NCBI RefSeq assembly: GCF_006345805.1
Contig: NC_043004.1
Location: forward strand, 15,562,001 to 15,626,000
Length of the DNA: 64,000 nucleotides
Source: Octopus sinensis
Taxonomy: Eukaryota
Direction: 5' to 3'
Below, in pieces: positions 14,721 through 27,000 of this stretch. A model generated the notes under the pieces. That model saw only the letters and a program-made list of their open reading frames with translations, was not told the origin of the DNA and made no database searches. The translations under genes were made by a program, and so were the position numbers. Numbering within the stretch: the stretch's first letter is position 1; each line of letters begins with the position of its first letter.

Positions 14721-15205
14721 TTTGTAAACGACGCTGAAAGTGTGAAAGGTGCAAATATTTGTCGAGATCCTCTAGAGAATGTGATAAGCGTAGTAAATTA
14801 TTTGGTTCGATCAAAGAGAGTAATTATAGCATATCATCTAAAAAAATTAACTTAGCCAACATTATCTACGAAATATTTAGCCAACTACAATAGTCATGAA
14901 CTAGCTGTTATTGAATAGGTGCTGAAACTCATCATATAGGCAGTGTTAAAACGAATACCTACTTGACAAGTTCTTGTTTACAAATGTGTTATTGGGATGT
15001 GATAGCACGAATCCAGATCAGAACTAGAGTCGACTATGCAACTGGTCTATCCATAAGTTTTTCATAAATAATGGATGCATTTAAATAATGACATGTTTTG
15101 GTTTAATTGGCCGCATAGAGATAAATATGCATACATGCATACACATACATACGTATATATAGATATCTGTGTTGCGTCTCTCTCACTATATATATATATA
15201 TATGT

Positions 15206-15694
15206 TCATGTAAATACGTGTCTGTCACAAAGAGTTTTGAAATACCGCACGTGGTAGTTTTTGCTAATTATGACCCTGATACAAGTAAAATGAGTGCCGA
15301 TAGATGGGACATCCGTCCGATAACACCGGCAGATAATACAATGATTTTTAAAGAAATACTGGAGGAATTTCTTGATAATGAGATTAATAATGAAGATATG
15401 CGTCCGTTAAAAGAATGGGTTTTCGGAAGCTCCGACACCGACATAATAGACGAGATGTTTGACAGATCAGAATGTGAACTGGAGATGGAGAAAGTTAATA
15501 AAAGAAAGAGATACAATTCACCTGTTCCTTTAAATAGACATGATGCAATTGATGGAAACATTTCTTTCTTTTGCAATAACAATGTGGAGAAGTGTAACTG
15601 TCAATTTGTAAGAAGAGAGAATGAGATGTTAATGGAAAAAATAAAAATGTTGAATGAAAAACTTGACAAATACGAGGAAGTTGATTCTGAATAA
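15206..15694 (+). CDS. rep: Endogenous CRESS-DNA-virus-like Rep fragment (C-terminal SF3 helicase) with an acidic/coiled-coil C-terminal extension; 5'-truncated
   Basis: In-frame read [39 protein letters not shown] fits the SxKY (motif B'), hhhFAN (motif C) and DRW (arginine finger) pattern of CRESS Reps. The frame is open to TAA at 15692-15694. Flanked by (TA)n on both sides. HUH endonuclease and Walker A/B motifs are absent. Confidence 0.75.
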   Translation, partial: SCKYVSVTKSFEIPHVVVFANYDPDTSKMSADRWDIRPITPADNTMIFKEILEEFLDNEINNEDMRPLKEWVFGSSDTDIIDEMFDRSECELEMEKVNKRKRYNSPVPLNRHDAIDGNISFFCNNNVEKCNCQFVRRENEMLMEKIKMLNEKLDKYEEVDSE

Positions 15695-15706
15695 AAGTTT
15701 TATTCA
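15688..15706. terminator. Palindromic bidirectional polyadenylation signal
   Basis: TGAATAAAA-G-TTTTATTCA is a perfect 9-bp inverted repeat carrying AATAAA on both strands and overlapping the Rep-like stop codon. Confidence 0.5.
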
Positions 15707-15763
15707 ATTTAATTACATGAGTTTGTTTTTATTGCATGTTTTCTTCCTTCTGCACGTTTTATG

Positions 15764-15802
<39 letters not shown>

Positions 15803-15930
15803 AACATGTATATGTTAAATAAAATGAGACAACAAAGTCAAGGTTGTGTGGAATTCTTATTTCCATCCTTTTCCAAAATAACACCTTATATTTAACTCTA
15901 CTATTTCCCTCTATTCACCCATCTCACATC

Positions 15931-15978
15931 GTCTCCGATGAAGGGATAGCTCTAATATCCCAGGAACATTTGCATGAC
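15931..15978 (+). ncRNA. Degenerate minimal hammerhead-ribozyme-like fold, possibly from a Penelope-like element remnant
   Basis: GTC-TCCGATGA-A-GGGATA-gctctaa-TATCCC-AGGAAC-attt-GCA-T-GAC: near-CUGAUGA core, perfect 6-bp stem II, GGAAC in place of GAAAC, GCA in place of GUH, and GTC/GAC stem I closure. Confidence 0.45.
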
Positions 15979-16640
15979 TAACCTTCTCCCGAAAATTCCA
16001 CACAATCTTGGCTTTTATGTATCATTTTGTTTAACACACATACACACATACACACAGACACACAAATACATAGATAGATACGCACATACATACATGCATG
16101 TTATCCGAGGGCCGTTCGACGCTCTAACCACTAAGCCATTCGTCTTCACTATATTTATGCATAATACATAGATATATATGTCTATATTAGCTTCATATGC
16201 TTCAATTCCCTAAGAGAATATATGTGCTCATGTTTTCTGTGTGAGTGTTCCTAGTACGTAATTCCTGAAAGCAATCTTAATATTGTAAATATAGGGCCAT
16301 ACGTCAGGCTATGTATGATATAATTCTAAAAATTAGCATGTAGATTTCCCCTATTCTAATTTGTTTAAGCCGTCTCCTATAGTTGCTTGGAGCATAAAAG
16401 CACACACACAAGTCGGTAGCAGAATAGAATTGTCTGTCATGGGTACCAGGCTTCCCATGCCGTGATTTGATTCTTCTGGAAGTGTCCAGTCACCGTATGA
16501 GAGTCATTTTGCAGCTACCATATATAGAATACCAGCATGTTTTCAGGCATTGGTGTTGCAAATAGACTGTAGGCTTATAAAAACAATTAATTATTAGAGA
16601 CGAAAGCAGGAAGCGGTATTAATACCATCATGTAGTCTTT

Positions 16641-17228
16641 CTTATTTCTTTATTGCCGACAAACAAAGAGGGGACAAACAAAGACAGACAAAGGCATTAA
16701 GTCGATTACATCGATCCCAGTACGTAACTGCTACTTAATTTATCGACTCCGAAAGGATGAAAGACAAAGTCGACCTCGGTGGAATTTGAACTCAGAACAT
16801 ACGAAATACCGCTAAGCATTTCGCCCGGCAAAAGAAATACCTATTTCTTTACTACCCACAAGGGGCGAAGCACAGAAAGGACAAACAAGGACAGACAAAG
16901 GGATTAAGTCGATTATATCGACTCCAGTGTGTAACTGATACTTAATTTATCGACCCCGAAAGGATGAAAGGCAAAGTCGACCTCGGTGGAATTTCATCTC
17001 AGAACGTAGCGGCAAACAAAATGCCTATTTATTTACTACCCACAAGGGGCTAAATACAGAGAGGACAAACAAGGACAGACAAACGGATTAAATCGATTAT
17101 ATCGACCCCGGTGAGTAACTGGTACTTATTTAATCGACCCCGAAAGGATGAAAAGCGGAAATTGAACTCAGAACGTAAACACCGATAAGCCTTTTGCCAG
17201 GCGTGCTAATGTTTCTGCCAGTTGGCCC
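16641..17228 (-). mobile_element. Tandem trimer of SINE family A
   Basis: Three ~190-200-bp core+tail units, head to tail. Confidence 0.85.
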
Positions 17229-17936
17229 CCTTTTTTTTTTGTAGCCTTTTTGTCCAGCTTAACATGAATGTCTTGTTATGAATGTCGGAATGTTGCTTAA
17301 TTAGCCTTGAGAGATCATTTCGTATAAGCGCTTGGTGCGTTGAAACAAGCACATTGATCGTAGCATAAGAGAATTGTCTATCATGGGACCGGAATTCCCA
17401 TATAACGTTATTTCATTCTACTGCAAATCATCAGTGCAAGGAGTCCGGTAACCGCATTCCAGTCAAATTTCGCTATTACGGTATATAGAATATTAGTACC
17501 TTCTCAAAAACTGATGTCGCAAATAGTCGTATTAAAAATTAATTACCAGTTTCTAGTATAATGAAATAACGTTTAGTGGAATTTGTGGCACCATCCCAGA
17601 CGGCTCTCGTCTAATTCTGTCTATGCGTGGGTCTTTTACACCAAGCATATATATATGAGATCTCTCAGGGCAGCAATTTATGTTAAAAAGACATCCATGT
17701 TAAGCTGGATATAAACATTACATTGTCGTATAAACAGTGTTACCGTCGCTAATAATTAATTGTCCAATATACATGGAAATTTTTAGCCAAGAACTGTGGA
17801 GAATTATGCAGACACACAAACATTCATCTACATATGTAAGTTTATGTCATTGTATTGTTGAATTATATATGAAAATAAATTAGCTCTAAAATGTGTGATG
17901 ACTCAATTCTCTTTAATAGAGTATATATTCATTAGT

Positions 17937-18164
17937 GGAGGCGCATGGCTTAGTGTTTAGAGTGTCAGCAACATGATCGTAAGATTGTGGTTTCGACCCC
18001 TGACCGGGCTGCGCGTTGTGTTCTTGAGCAAAACACTTCATTTCACGTTGCCCAGCTGGCAAGAATGAGTAATGCTGCGATGGACTGGCGTCCCGTCCAG
18101 CTGGGGAACACATACGCCATTGAAACCGGGCCCATGAGCCTGGCTAGGCTTTCAACGGGAGCAT
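17937..18164 (+). mobile_element. tRNA-derived SINE, family C head with V-domain-like body
   Basis: GGAGGCGCATGGCTTAGTG...GTGTTCTTGAGCAAAACACTT then TGCGATGGACTGGCGTCCCGTCCAG. Confidence 0.85.
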
Positions 18165-18858
18165 AAAAAATATATATTCATTAGCATTTACATTACAAAC
18201 CTTGACAATACCTTCAAAATTTGGCTTTGAGCGGATTCATTAGAATGCCTGATGAAGTTGAAGAAATGGAATTTGCCAAATCATTTTACACCTAAAATTT
18301 CATAAGTATGCGTGTGTATGTATATGCCGGTTTTTCTGTGTTTGCGAATGTGTGTATTTATCTGTGCCGACCAGTAGCATGGCATGCGTAAATAAGCAAT
18401 TCGATAAATAGGAACCAATAAATATTTAATTGACCGAAATAATATTTCAATTGGTCAATATGATGCAGACTTGAAGATATGATGGACTTGAAGGACTTGA
18501 TGAATGATATGATGAAGGATTTGAAGATTATAACGTTTTAATAAGGGCCAAACATTTATTTGTTGATCCGTAAATGTAAAAGAAAAGTTGTAATTTCATT
18601 AATACTCTCGTCTAACATTGTAAAGCAATTGTATGATAACGAACTACAATAGGTCGGAAGTAGAAGATATGTAATAGGTCCATAGGAAACAAGTCGTGTA
18701 ATTATGACGTTAGTGAGATGTGGCAATCCAACTTTCACAAGGATTGAATTGAAAACCCAAAGCTCAGGCTATAAAAGGTTACTATGGCTAATTGACTTCA
18801 GGAAAGCTCATTTCATAGTTCAACCTATTTACATATTAGAACATTATTTCCATTACAT

Positions 18859-19005
18859 AAGGCGGTGAGATGGCAGATTTTGTAGTTACCCGGGCATTTA
18901 TTTCGTCATTACGTTCTGAGTTCAAATTCCGTCGAGGGCAACTTTACCTTTCATCATTTTCAAGTCGATAAAATAAGTAGCAGTCGAGCTGTAATCAATT
19001 AAGTC
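18859..19005 (+). mobile_element. SINE family A, diverged
   Basis: GGCGGTGAGATGGCAG...GTTCTGAGTTCAAATTCC...GTCGATAAAATAAGT. Confidence 0.75.
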
Positions 19006-19804
19006 TCTTTATCTCTTTCCAAACATGCTCGTGCAAAAATTCGATATTATTTCAAACTCATGTAAGTGAATGAGATCTGAAGCAGCGGCACAAATATCTT
19101 GATCCAGCAGTGAAATACGCCTTTAATAATGTCATGTGGATCTGAAGTGAAGCGAGCTATTTCATAATGGAGTTCTAGCTAAATTTGAATGGATCGACAA
19201 TCCTTGCTCAGGAACTTGACACGGGGATGCACAGTGATAACAATAACAACTTCAGTGTTTTAGAGTTGAATCATGACAGCGTTTTTTTTATTTTATTTAT
19301 TCCGGCATATATTGATTTCCAACTTTTGTAAAGCGATGGGTTTGGAACATCTATAGAAAACTAATATCATGAAGAGAATCGACATTTAGACAAATCAGAC
19401 AATGAAATCCACAAACAACAAGAGATGAAATGTGAATTCAACACTGGAACGATTGGAATTCAGAAAACGCAGGTTTCAAATGTGCATTGCTGCAATGAGC
19501 TAAAATACATCTATATAACACTGCCATTGCTGCTGTGTCTGTTACTACGTTATAGAGGTAGGCCAAGGAAGAGTAAGGGTAAGATAAAGAGAGAGGGATG
19601 TAGGGAGGGAGTGAGAGTTGATTGGCGAAGGAGAATGTAGGAACAGTGAATGGTTCAACGGTGGGGCCGATGTAATTTACTTACTCCTCCCAAAAATGCA
19701 TGTCAAAATATGAAGCCATTGTTAATGTCTGCATCAGGCAGCGAGCGGACAGAATCATTAATGCAATGGAAAAAGGATTAGCGACATTTCATTCAACTTT
19801 ACGA

Positions 19805-20205
19805 TCTGACTTCAAATGCCACAGCAGTTGGCTTTGCCTTTCATTCTTCCGGGTCGGCAGAATAAGTACCCGGTGTCGATGTAATTTACGAGCCTCGTCC
19901 CTCGAAATGTTTGGCTTTATGCCAACATTTGAAACCAATATTAAAACCTGCTAAGTCAGTGAGCTGGCCGAATTGTTTGCAGGCTGGACATTTCGTCCGT
20001 CGTTATGTTCAGACAATATTTTTTGCTTAGCGGCAATTCGTCATTCCTTACGTTCTGGTTTCAAATTCCATCGAGGTCTACTTTGCATTTTATTCTTTTG
20101 GGGATCGATAAAATAAGTACCATTTGAACTCTGGAGTCGATGTAATCGACTTACCCTTCCCCCAGAAATTGCTGGCCTTGTGTAGAAATTTCAAATCAAT
20201 ATTAA
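19805..20205 (+). mobile_element. Two adjacent diverged SINE family A copies
   Basis: Core and tail seen at ~19805-19950 and ~19955-20205. Confidence 0.7.
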
Positions 20206-22175
20206 AATATATGAGCAACTTGCTACTCTTAAAAGTTAGACAATACTTCAAACGAATATCATTCTTCCATTAAATGCATATCATTATTAACATTGTAACT
20301 ATAGCTGTTGTAAACACACCTGATATTATTTATATCTGATTCTATCTAAAGTACGAATTTTGATATTTTTCAAGTATGACTTACGTCATCATTACTCTAT
20401 ATCTATGAAAAAAATTATTTTCGAAACTCTATCGCGAAGAGAATTCTGAAGACAATGACGTACTACATTTTCAGCGCTTAAGAAATTTTCTTTAAATCTT
20501 TATGAAGTATTTAGTTGATGTATCACTATCATATATGTTTAAGTTTGACGATGTTCTTGAAATCAATAATAAAATACAAAACCATATTATGTATCTTCCT
20601 ATAAGTGTTGTGTTTATTAGTATTCGCCAACGTACTTCAATTTGCAATAATAATTGCTTTTGACATTTTAAGCAATTCCGTCCACTCTAAGATATCGTTT
20701 ATATGGTAAATAGCTAGTCCCAAGAGATAAACACTTATTTCTCAATGAGGATATTTGTGTTAAAGCGTTCAGTAGATTTCTCTTTCCGGTTTTTTTTTGT
20801 GTGTATATGTTTTGACGCCTAATTACTAGAGCGCTGTTTTGTGGCCGATAAACACCTCATTCTCTGCCAAACGAATCATCACGTTTATAAATGTCTACGA
20901 TGAAATAGATTTTCTAAAAAGGAACTGGGAAAGAAAAAAAATACAGCCATATAGAGAGACAAAGAAAAATAAGAATCGAGAACATTAAGAAAAATATTTG
21001 AATAACTTCTTCGAAATTTTCTGTCTCTGCTTCAATATCTTATTTTTTTATTTTAGTCATAGAATTTCATATATATAAAAGCGGACTGGAAGACTATTAT
21101 ATTTAAAAATGTAGAAACATCCCTTGGCAATAAGAACAGTGGAAATAATCCAACTCCATTGACATATTACAGACTAGACACATATATACAAAACATATAA
21201 GATCACATGTATATATGCAAAAACACGTCACTACGCCACACGCAAATATACATACATTCACCAAAAAAATTCTGGTTCCTCTACACACAAACATATATAC
21301 ATGTTTGTATGAATTTATATATACATGCATGCGCACGCAAGCACATATACGTATACATGCAATCATACATAAACACGTTGTGTGAATAAACACGGAAGAG
21401 TCTACACAAAAGTATGCGGTAGCTAGCTTTCTGTATTTATTAAACATATTCCCTTTGGAATTTTGATTTGAAATATGTCTTTTCTACAGAACATCTATAT
21501 GCCAAGACATACATTAACAAAACAGCACGAAAGCCACAGAAGGATTGTAATTCTGACTTTCTAAATTGCTTAGCTAGTCCTGTCAAGAATTACCGTAATT
21601 TATGCTGTATATTATTGTAAGATTTTAATGGTTTTTATCACTGCACGGCTGTTATGCTCGCTCACGCCCCGCAGAAAATTTCTACATTATATCTAACTTT
21701 GTTCTTTGATAATATATTCCTCTAATCGACTGTACAAGTGGGAAAGACAAAGTTAACCTTCTCAGAACAGAACTAGATTCAGGAAGGACAAAACTCCAGA
21801 AACTAGTTTAGAGAGATGAACAATTTCTTCGATCACAAGTGAAGTTACACATTTAATCGCTATAAATTTCCCAGCAGTTTCTTCTGATGAGCTTCTCTCA
21901 CTAATAATTTAAAAGGAGATATTTTCTCAATGTATTATACATATATAACTTGAATTTCTTACCTTCTGATGATGGCCGAATTTGTAACAAAGAACTGCTT
22001 CGTACATAAGTCGAGAATTTATTGGATGAAATATGTAGGAAAATGTCTATGTTTTGGGATGGATAACTAATTAAGGTTTTTATGATTCTCCATTAAGTAA
22101 TATACTTTCGCTCCCATATTTATTCTACTGCTATTTTTGTAATTACCTCCCTGTGCAGATATCGTGCATTAAGGA

Positions 22176-22186
22176 AAGCAACTAAG

Positions 22187-22217
<31 letters not shown>

Positions 22218-22277
22218 CAACTAAGTATATATATATATATATAATATATATATATATAAAGCAACTAAGTATATATA

Positions 22278-22322
<45 letters not shown>

Positions 22323-22326
22323 TATA
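22176..22326. repeat. Compound minisatellite: AAGCAACTAAG followed by (TA)n, x3
   Basis: Directly visible. Confidence 0.9.
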
Positions 22327-23118
22327 CTGCTTCTAACTTTGCATCCCCATGAAAAAAAAACACCATGGGAATACACTCACCCCACACACCATTCACTAAA
22401 ACAATTAAGTGCATGACTGATCTTGGGTTTTGAGACTGCATTGAAACGCTCACGCATTATTCTCTCCAGCGCCGTCGCTACCACTACACCATTTGCACAA
22501 TGTGGAGAATAAACCACTAGTATTGCGCAAACGATTTTAATATTAGTTTCAGAATTCATCCAAGGCTAGGCACACGTGGCATACATCTCGTATACGATTC
22601 AGCATCACAACACATAATTTCACTGCAACAAAACTGCTTTTCATCAACAGGCCCTGCTCTATTTCCCATTGTTCCAAAACAAATCAAAGGAGAAAAACAC
22701 CCCATCACACTTTCTTCAAGAGATAGCAAATAAGCAACCAATACACCAACGCCTTACTTGAATGACCCATGATACTACAAAACGTGACTTAGAAATGGCT
22801 TAGCAAATCCTAAATAAAGGTGCAATTAATTTAGATATGGGCCCGGCCAATGTTTGGCTGAATCATATATAACATATCTAAGTTACACATACGCACATAA
22901 ACACCGCAGGCACAGGCGAACACACGTAGATATGTATATAGAGAGAAAGAGAAATAGATGCACACATATATATGTGTACGTGGCAGTTGGATATACATAT
23001 GTGACAGAATTTAAACGTCGCAGCAATATACTTTCCATAAAACAATGCAAAGTTGTAATTTAACACGTTATTTTTAGTAAATTTAACAAAATTTATACCA
23101 AATATCACAACACTACGT

Positions 23119-23513
23119 AAACCATGACGTTATCAAAGAAGCTTGAGAGGCGGTTGGATGGAACCTACACTCGCCTCCTTATGAGAGCTCAAAATCTCTC
23201 GAGGAAGCGCCATCCAACCAAAATGCAAATATATGGGAAACTACCAGCTGTGTCATTTCTTGTGAAAGGTAGGAGAGTCCAGTTTGCTGGACATTGTTGT
23301 AGAGCTGAAAAAGAAGTAATTTCTACTCTTCTCCTCTGGAAGCCATCTACTCGCAATACCAGAGGGCGCACACTCTCCTACCCTGATGTAATCTCCAGGG
23401 ATACAGGCATCCAGCAACAGGACCTCCGTAATGCTATGATGGACCGTGAAGTCTGGCGTAACATAGTAAATTCCATTGTCTCGACCACGGTCGAACAATG
23501 ATGATGATGATGA
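23119..23513 (+). mobile_element. RTE-clade LINE 3' end
   Basis: LDGTYTRLLMRAQNLS...RRVQFAGHCCR...LLLWKP...DREVWR followed by a (TGA)n tail. Confidence 0.85.
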
Positions 23514-25879
23514 TTCTTCATTGCATATACTGGAAACTTATCGCTAATTTTCATATATAGTAATCTTTCTAAATTCTAAAAGTAATTATCAACATGATTC
23601 TCTTGTATTGGAATGGGATGTTTCTGAACGGAACATTCGGTAATAAGGCCCTATTTAAAATACCTTTGAGGAATTTAAAATGCCTTTCAAATGTTGCTAA
23701 AATGATCGAGAGATCAAGACATAATGGGTTTTCATTAAAACTGTTTTAAAAGCTATCAATTCCTTACACATTAGATTCGCTTTTATGAGGTATAAATTTC
23801 TAAATATTCATGCATTCTAGCAATTCTAGTTGAAATTTTATAAATTATATAAAATCAGAACACAAATAGCCATTAATCTGAAGTAAACATCATATCATAG
23901 ATGAAAATTTTGGTGAGGAGCGAAAAGGATGGAGAACCATAGAAGATGTAGCAGTTGTGCCTTATGCAATAAGGCGAATTTGAGGAGGAATTAAGTTCGA
24001 ATGAAAATTAGGTAAAATATTAGTTTCGAAAAAATATTGAACAAATTGTGACTGTATTTTGAAGATGTACAATGATGTCTGAAAAAGTTCACAAGTTCTA
24101 AATAGAAATATTGTTTCCACCAAAAGAAAATAAGTAAACGGCAGCAGACTTTTGGAAGCTTATGTTTTTCAGAGAAAACTAATCCAGTTTTCTTTTTCTT
24201 TTATTTCAACTAAGAATCAGTTACGTACTGCTTTGGGTATCGAGTAACATGTTACTTTAATATCATTTCTTTGTCTGGCTTTCTTTGAGAAATGTGTGTA
24301 AGGTGGTTAACTTCACTAAAACCGTTACTTTGAATTGACTTCAAAAATGAACGGCTTAGAGTAGTTAGCACACGAAAGACAACTAACAATAGTAGCGAAC
24401 TTCAAACTTCAAAGTCAACAAATTTCTTATGACTACAAAGAGTAAAATTGTGAATAAATACCACAAAATCTAAATATATTCATCAAATAATAAGAGTATA
24501 GCATTAACTAGATATTCGATACTGAGTTTATGATGTTTAGAAGGTATCCGCTTGCTTTATGCAGCGACTACAAAAAATATGTTCAAGTCGTCTGCCAGGA
24601 AACGAATTGCTACTACTGATCCTTTACACATATAAATATAGATAAATGTTCATTTATGCACATACGTATATATCGATATCTATACGTATATGTATCTATC
24701 AATATTTCCATTCTATCTATCACTTGATATGTGTATGTGTCTGTGTGTGTGTCTGTGTATTTGTGTGCACGCGTGCATGCGCCGTATATGAGTGAGAGAG
24801 AGAGAGAAAGAATGTATGTCTAAGTGTGCCTGTGTCTAAATATGATGTATTATAGAGAGATATGTACACATGTGCATACATATTTACTTATATGCGTCAA
24901 TATGTGTATGGATGTGTGAATGTGAGTGCTTCAGTACGAAGGAATCGCAGATACATAGAAAGGGAAAGGAAATGAGAGAGCACAGACTTTTTCTCGGTAA
25001 GTCAGTACTTCGTTTATCGCATTTATATTCGGTCAGCAACTGATACCCACAGCAGAGTAATACAATTTGATAATTTACCTTCTTTTTGCTATAATATTTT
25101 GCTTTGCAGTTGTGTAAATTAACACCGCATAAATTCCTATGTGTGCGGCAAATCTCCTAACACCTGTTTACATCGGAATTCTCTGTAGCAATTCGTTATC
25201 AAAATGTTAACATACTCGCGCGTGTATGTTAAAGTTGAACGAAGAGATAACATGAAGTAGATCAATGCCCTGCTGGGTTTCATATTTTAGAATTTTACGT
25301 AGATTATACTTCACAATGTTGCATTAGTGAAATGATTTCATAACCTTCCTGTAAATACATGGATTATATTTCTCACTCCTTTGTATGTACCGTAAAAGAT
25401 ACCCTGCTTCCCCAGTAGAGCAATTACCATATGTCTCGGGAAGTAAAACGGCATTAAAGTATAGCACTCCATTTATATTCGTTGAGAGGAAATTGATTCT
25501 GTGTCGATTTACCTTCAGATCACGTATTTTACATTACCTCCTATTTATTGAAACTGAAGATGCAGGATAATTATGAATAGTTATTGAAACGACGCCAGTC
25601 TTATTGACAACTTAATTGTATAGATCTATTTCAGAAGTGACCGTTGGATTTAACGTTTACCCAAGTAATTAAAGCAAACCAAGATACAATAATTTGACTT
25701 TCTTTGGCTGGGAAATGGAATTATCTACACACAACGATTTCTCTTGCATTCAAAAATCCATTCAATTTGTAGATTTAAAAATATATTATTTGGGTGGAAC
25801 CGTCAACTATTATTAATGTGGTGTGTGAAAATAATTCACAATATTGGCTAAAAGTTCGATTTATTGTAAAAGGAACTAT

Positions 25880-27000
25880 ATTCACATACGCTTCAGTTTT
25901 GAGAAAAATTTACGAATCCAGTACCAAGAACCAATGTGGTAATTTTAGGTACGTTTCTCTATTGCTTGTTATGGGGAAAGTTTTAGCACGTGTGTTTTTA
26001 AAAAGTTTAATAGGCTTATAGACTATAGTGCCGTATCGGAGTCAAAATGCAGTTTTTGTGCGGTAAGACGTACTGGTGATATGGCGGTTACAATCAGACA
26101 ACTGCAGGGAAAATATCTCAAAGAGAACTACTACAATTGTGTTGATGATCTCAGTAAAATATTCGATACTGTTAATAGGAATATTTAATGGCTGTTTTCG
26201 TCTCCATTTGATACTCTCAACAATTTGTAAACGTATTGGAAGCTCTTCATAAAGACATTGAAGCTAGATTAAAAGTCAGGAAATCACTTATTTTGCAGTA
26301 GATAATGGTTTGATTCAAGGAGACTTTCATATAGCTACTTGATTTGCAATGTATATTACTGTCATGCTCCCCAAGACAAAAATGAGGGAATTTATGTAAG
26401 ATAGTGTCTCTAATGTAGCAAGGAGGAAATTTAAGACCAAAGTATACACCTTAGTAATAAGAGACCAACTGTGTGATGATAACTGTGAAATTGTTAGTTA
26501 TTCGGAGCACAGATTACAATTATAGATTTCTCAATTTTATTTGGTATATAACATCTTTGGTTTGATTATAAATTTAAAGAAAGATAAGTTTTGCCTCAAA
26601 TTCCAGCTGGTCAAGTTCGGCAGTAAACTGAAATATATATGAAAGACACCCTTCTTAAAGCTGGTGAATCCATCATATACCTAGATAGTACAGTGACTGA
26701 AGATGAAACATTAGATTCAGAAATAGCTAAGGATTCATATGAAGGTTAAGTCTTTAGATAGTTTAGAATCTCGACTCTGGTCACAAAGTTATATCAACAA
26801 TGAAACAAAATATTTTATAGATTATTTGTGCTATCATCGCTTCTATTGTACATCTGGAACATGAACATACTACAAACATCACTACGGACTCCTGAAATGA
26901 TTGCTGGAAAAATGTGTATGCCGTCTTGTGAAAATGAAATGGCATTTATTTCTCGCCGACTTTGACGTTTTAGTTGCATGTTATCTTTTTTTTTCATCAG
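25880..27000 (+). mobile_element. Degenerate RTE/BovB-like LINE RT region
   Basis: NFRYVSLLLVMGKVLARVFL (cf. NYRGISLL...GKILAR.LL), IRQLQGK, DLSKIFDTVNR, FGLIINLKK; many stops and frameshifts. Confidence 0.75.

Noticed and set aside
15100-15830. Search for a CRESS origin stem-loop with a NANTATTAC nonanucleotide
   Set aside because: None found near the Rep fragment, so a full or replication-competent viral genome is not claimed.
16641-17228. Regularly spaced repeats resembling a CRISPR array or tRNA gene cluster
   Set aside because: Units are ~190-bp SINE bodies without unique spacers in eukaryotic DNA; the tRNA-like parts are SINE heads, not complete cloverleafs.
21760-22010. Minus-strand AAG|GTAAGA donor, a 62-nt possible intron and a kinase-like 'GKFIAIKCV' peptide
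   Set aside because: No spliced frame stays open and the spacing to a subdomain III glutamate is wrong; likely chance.
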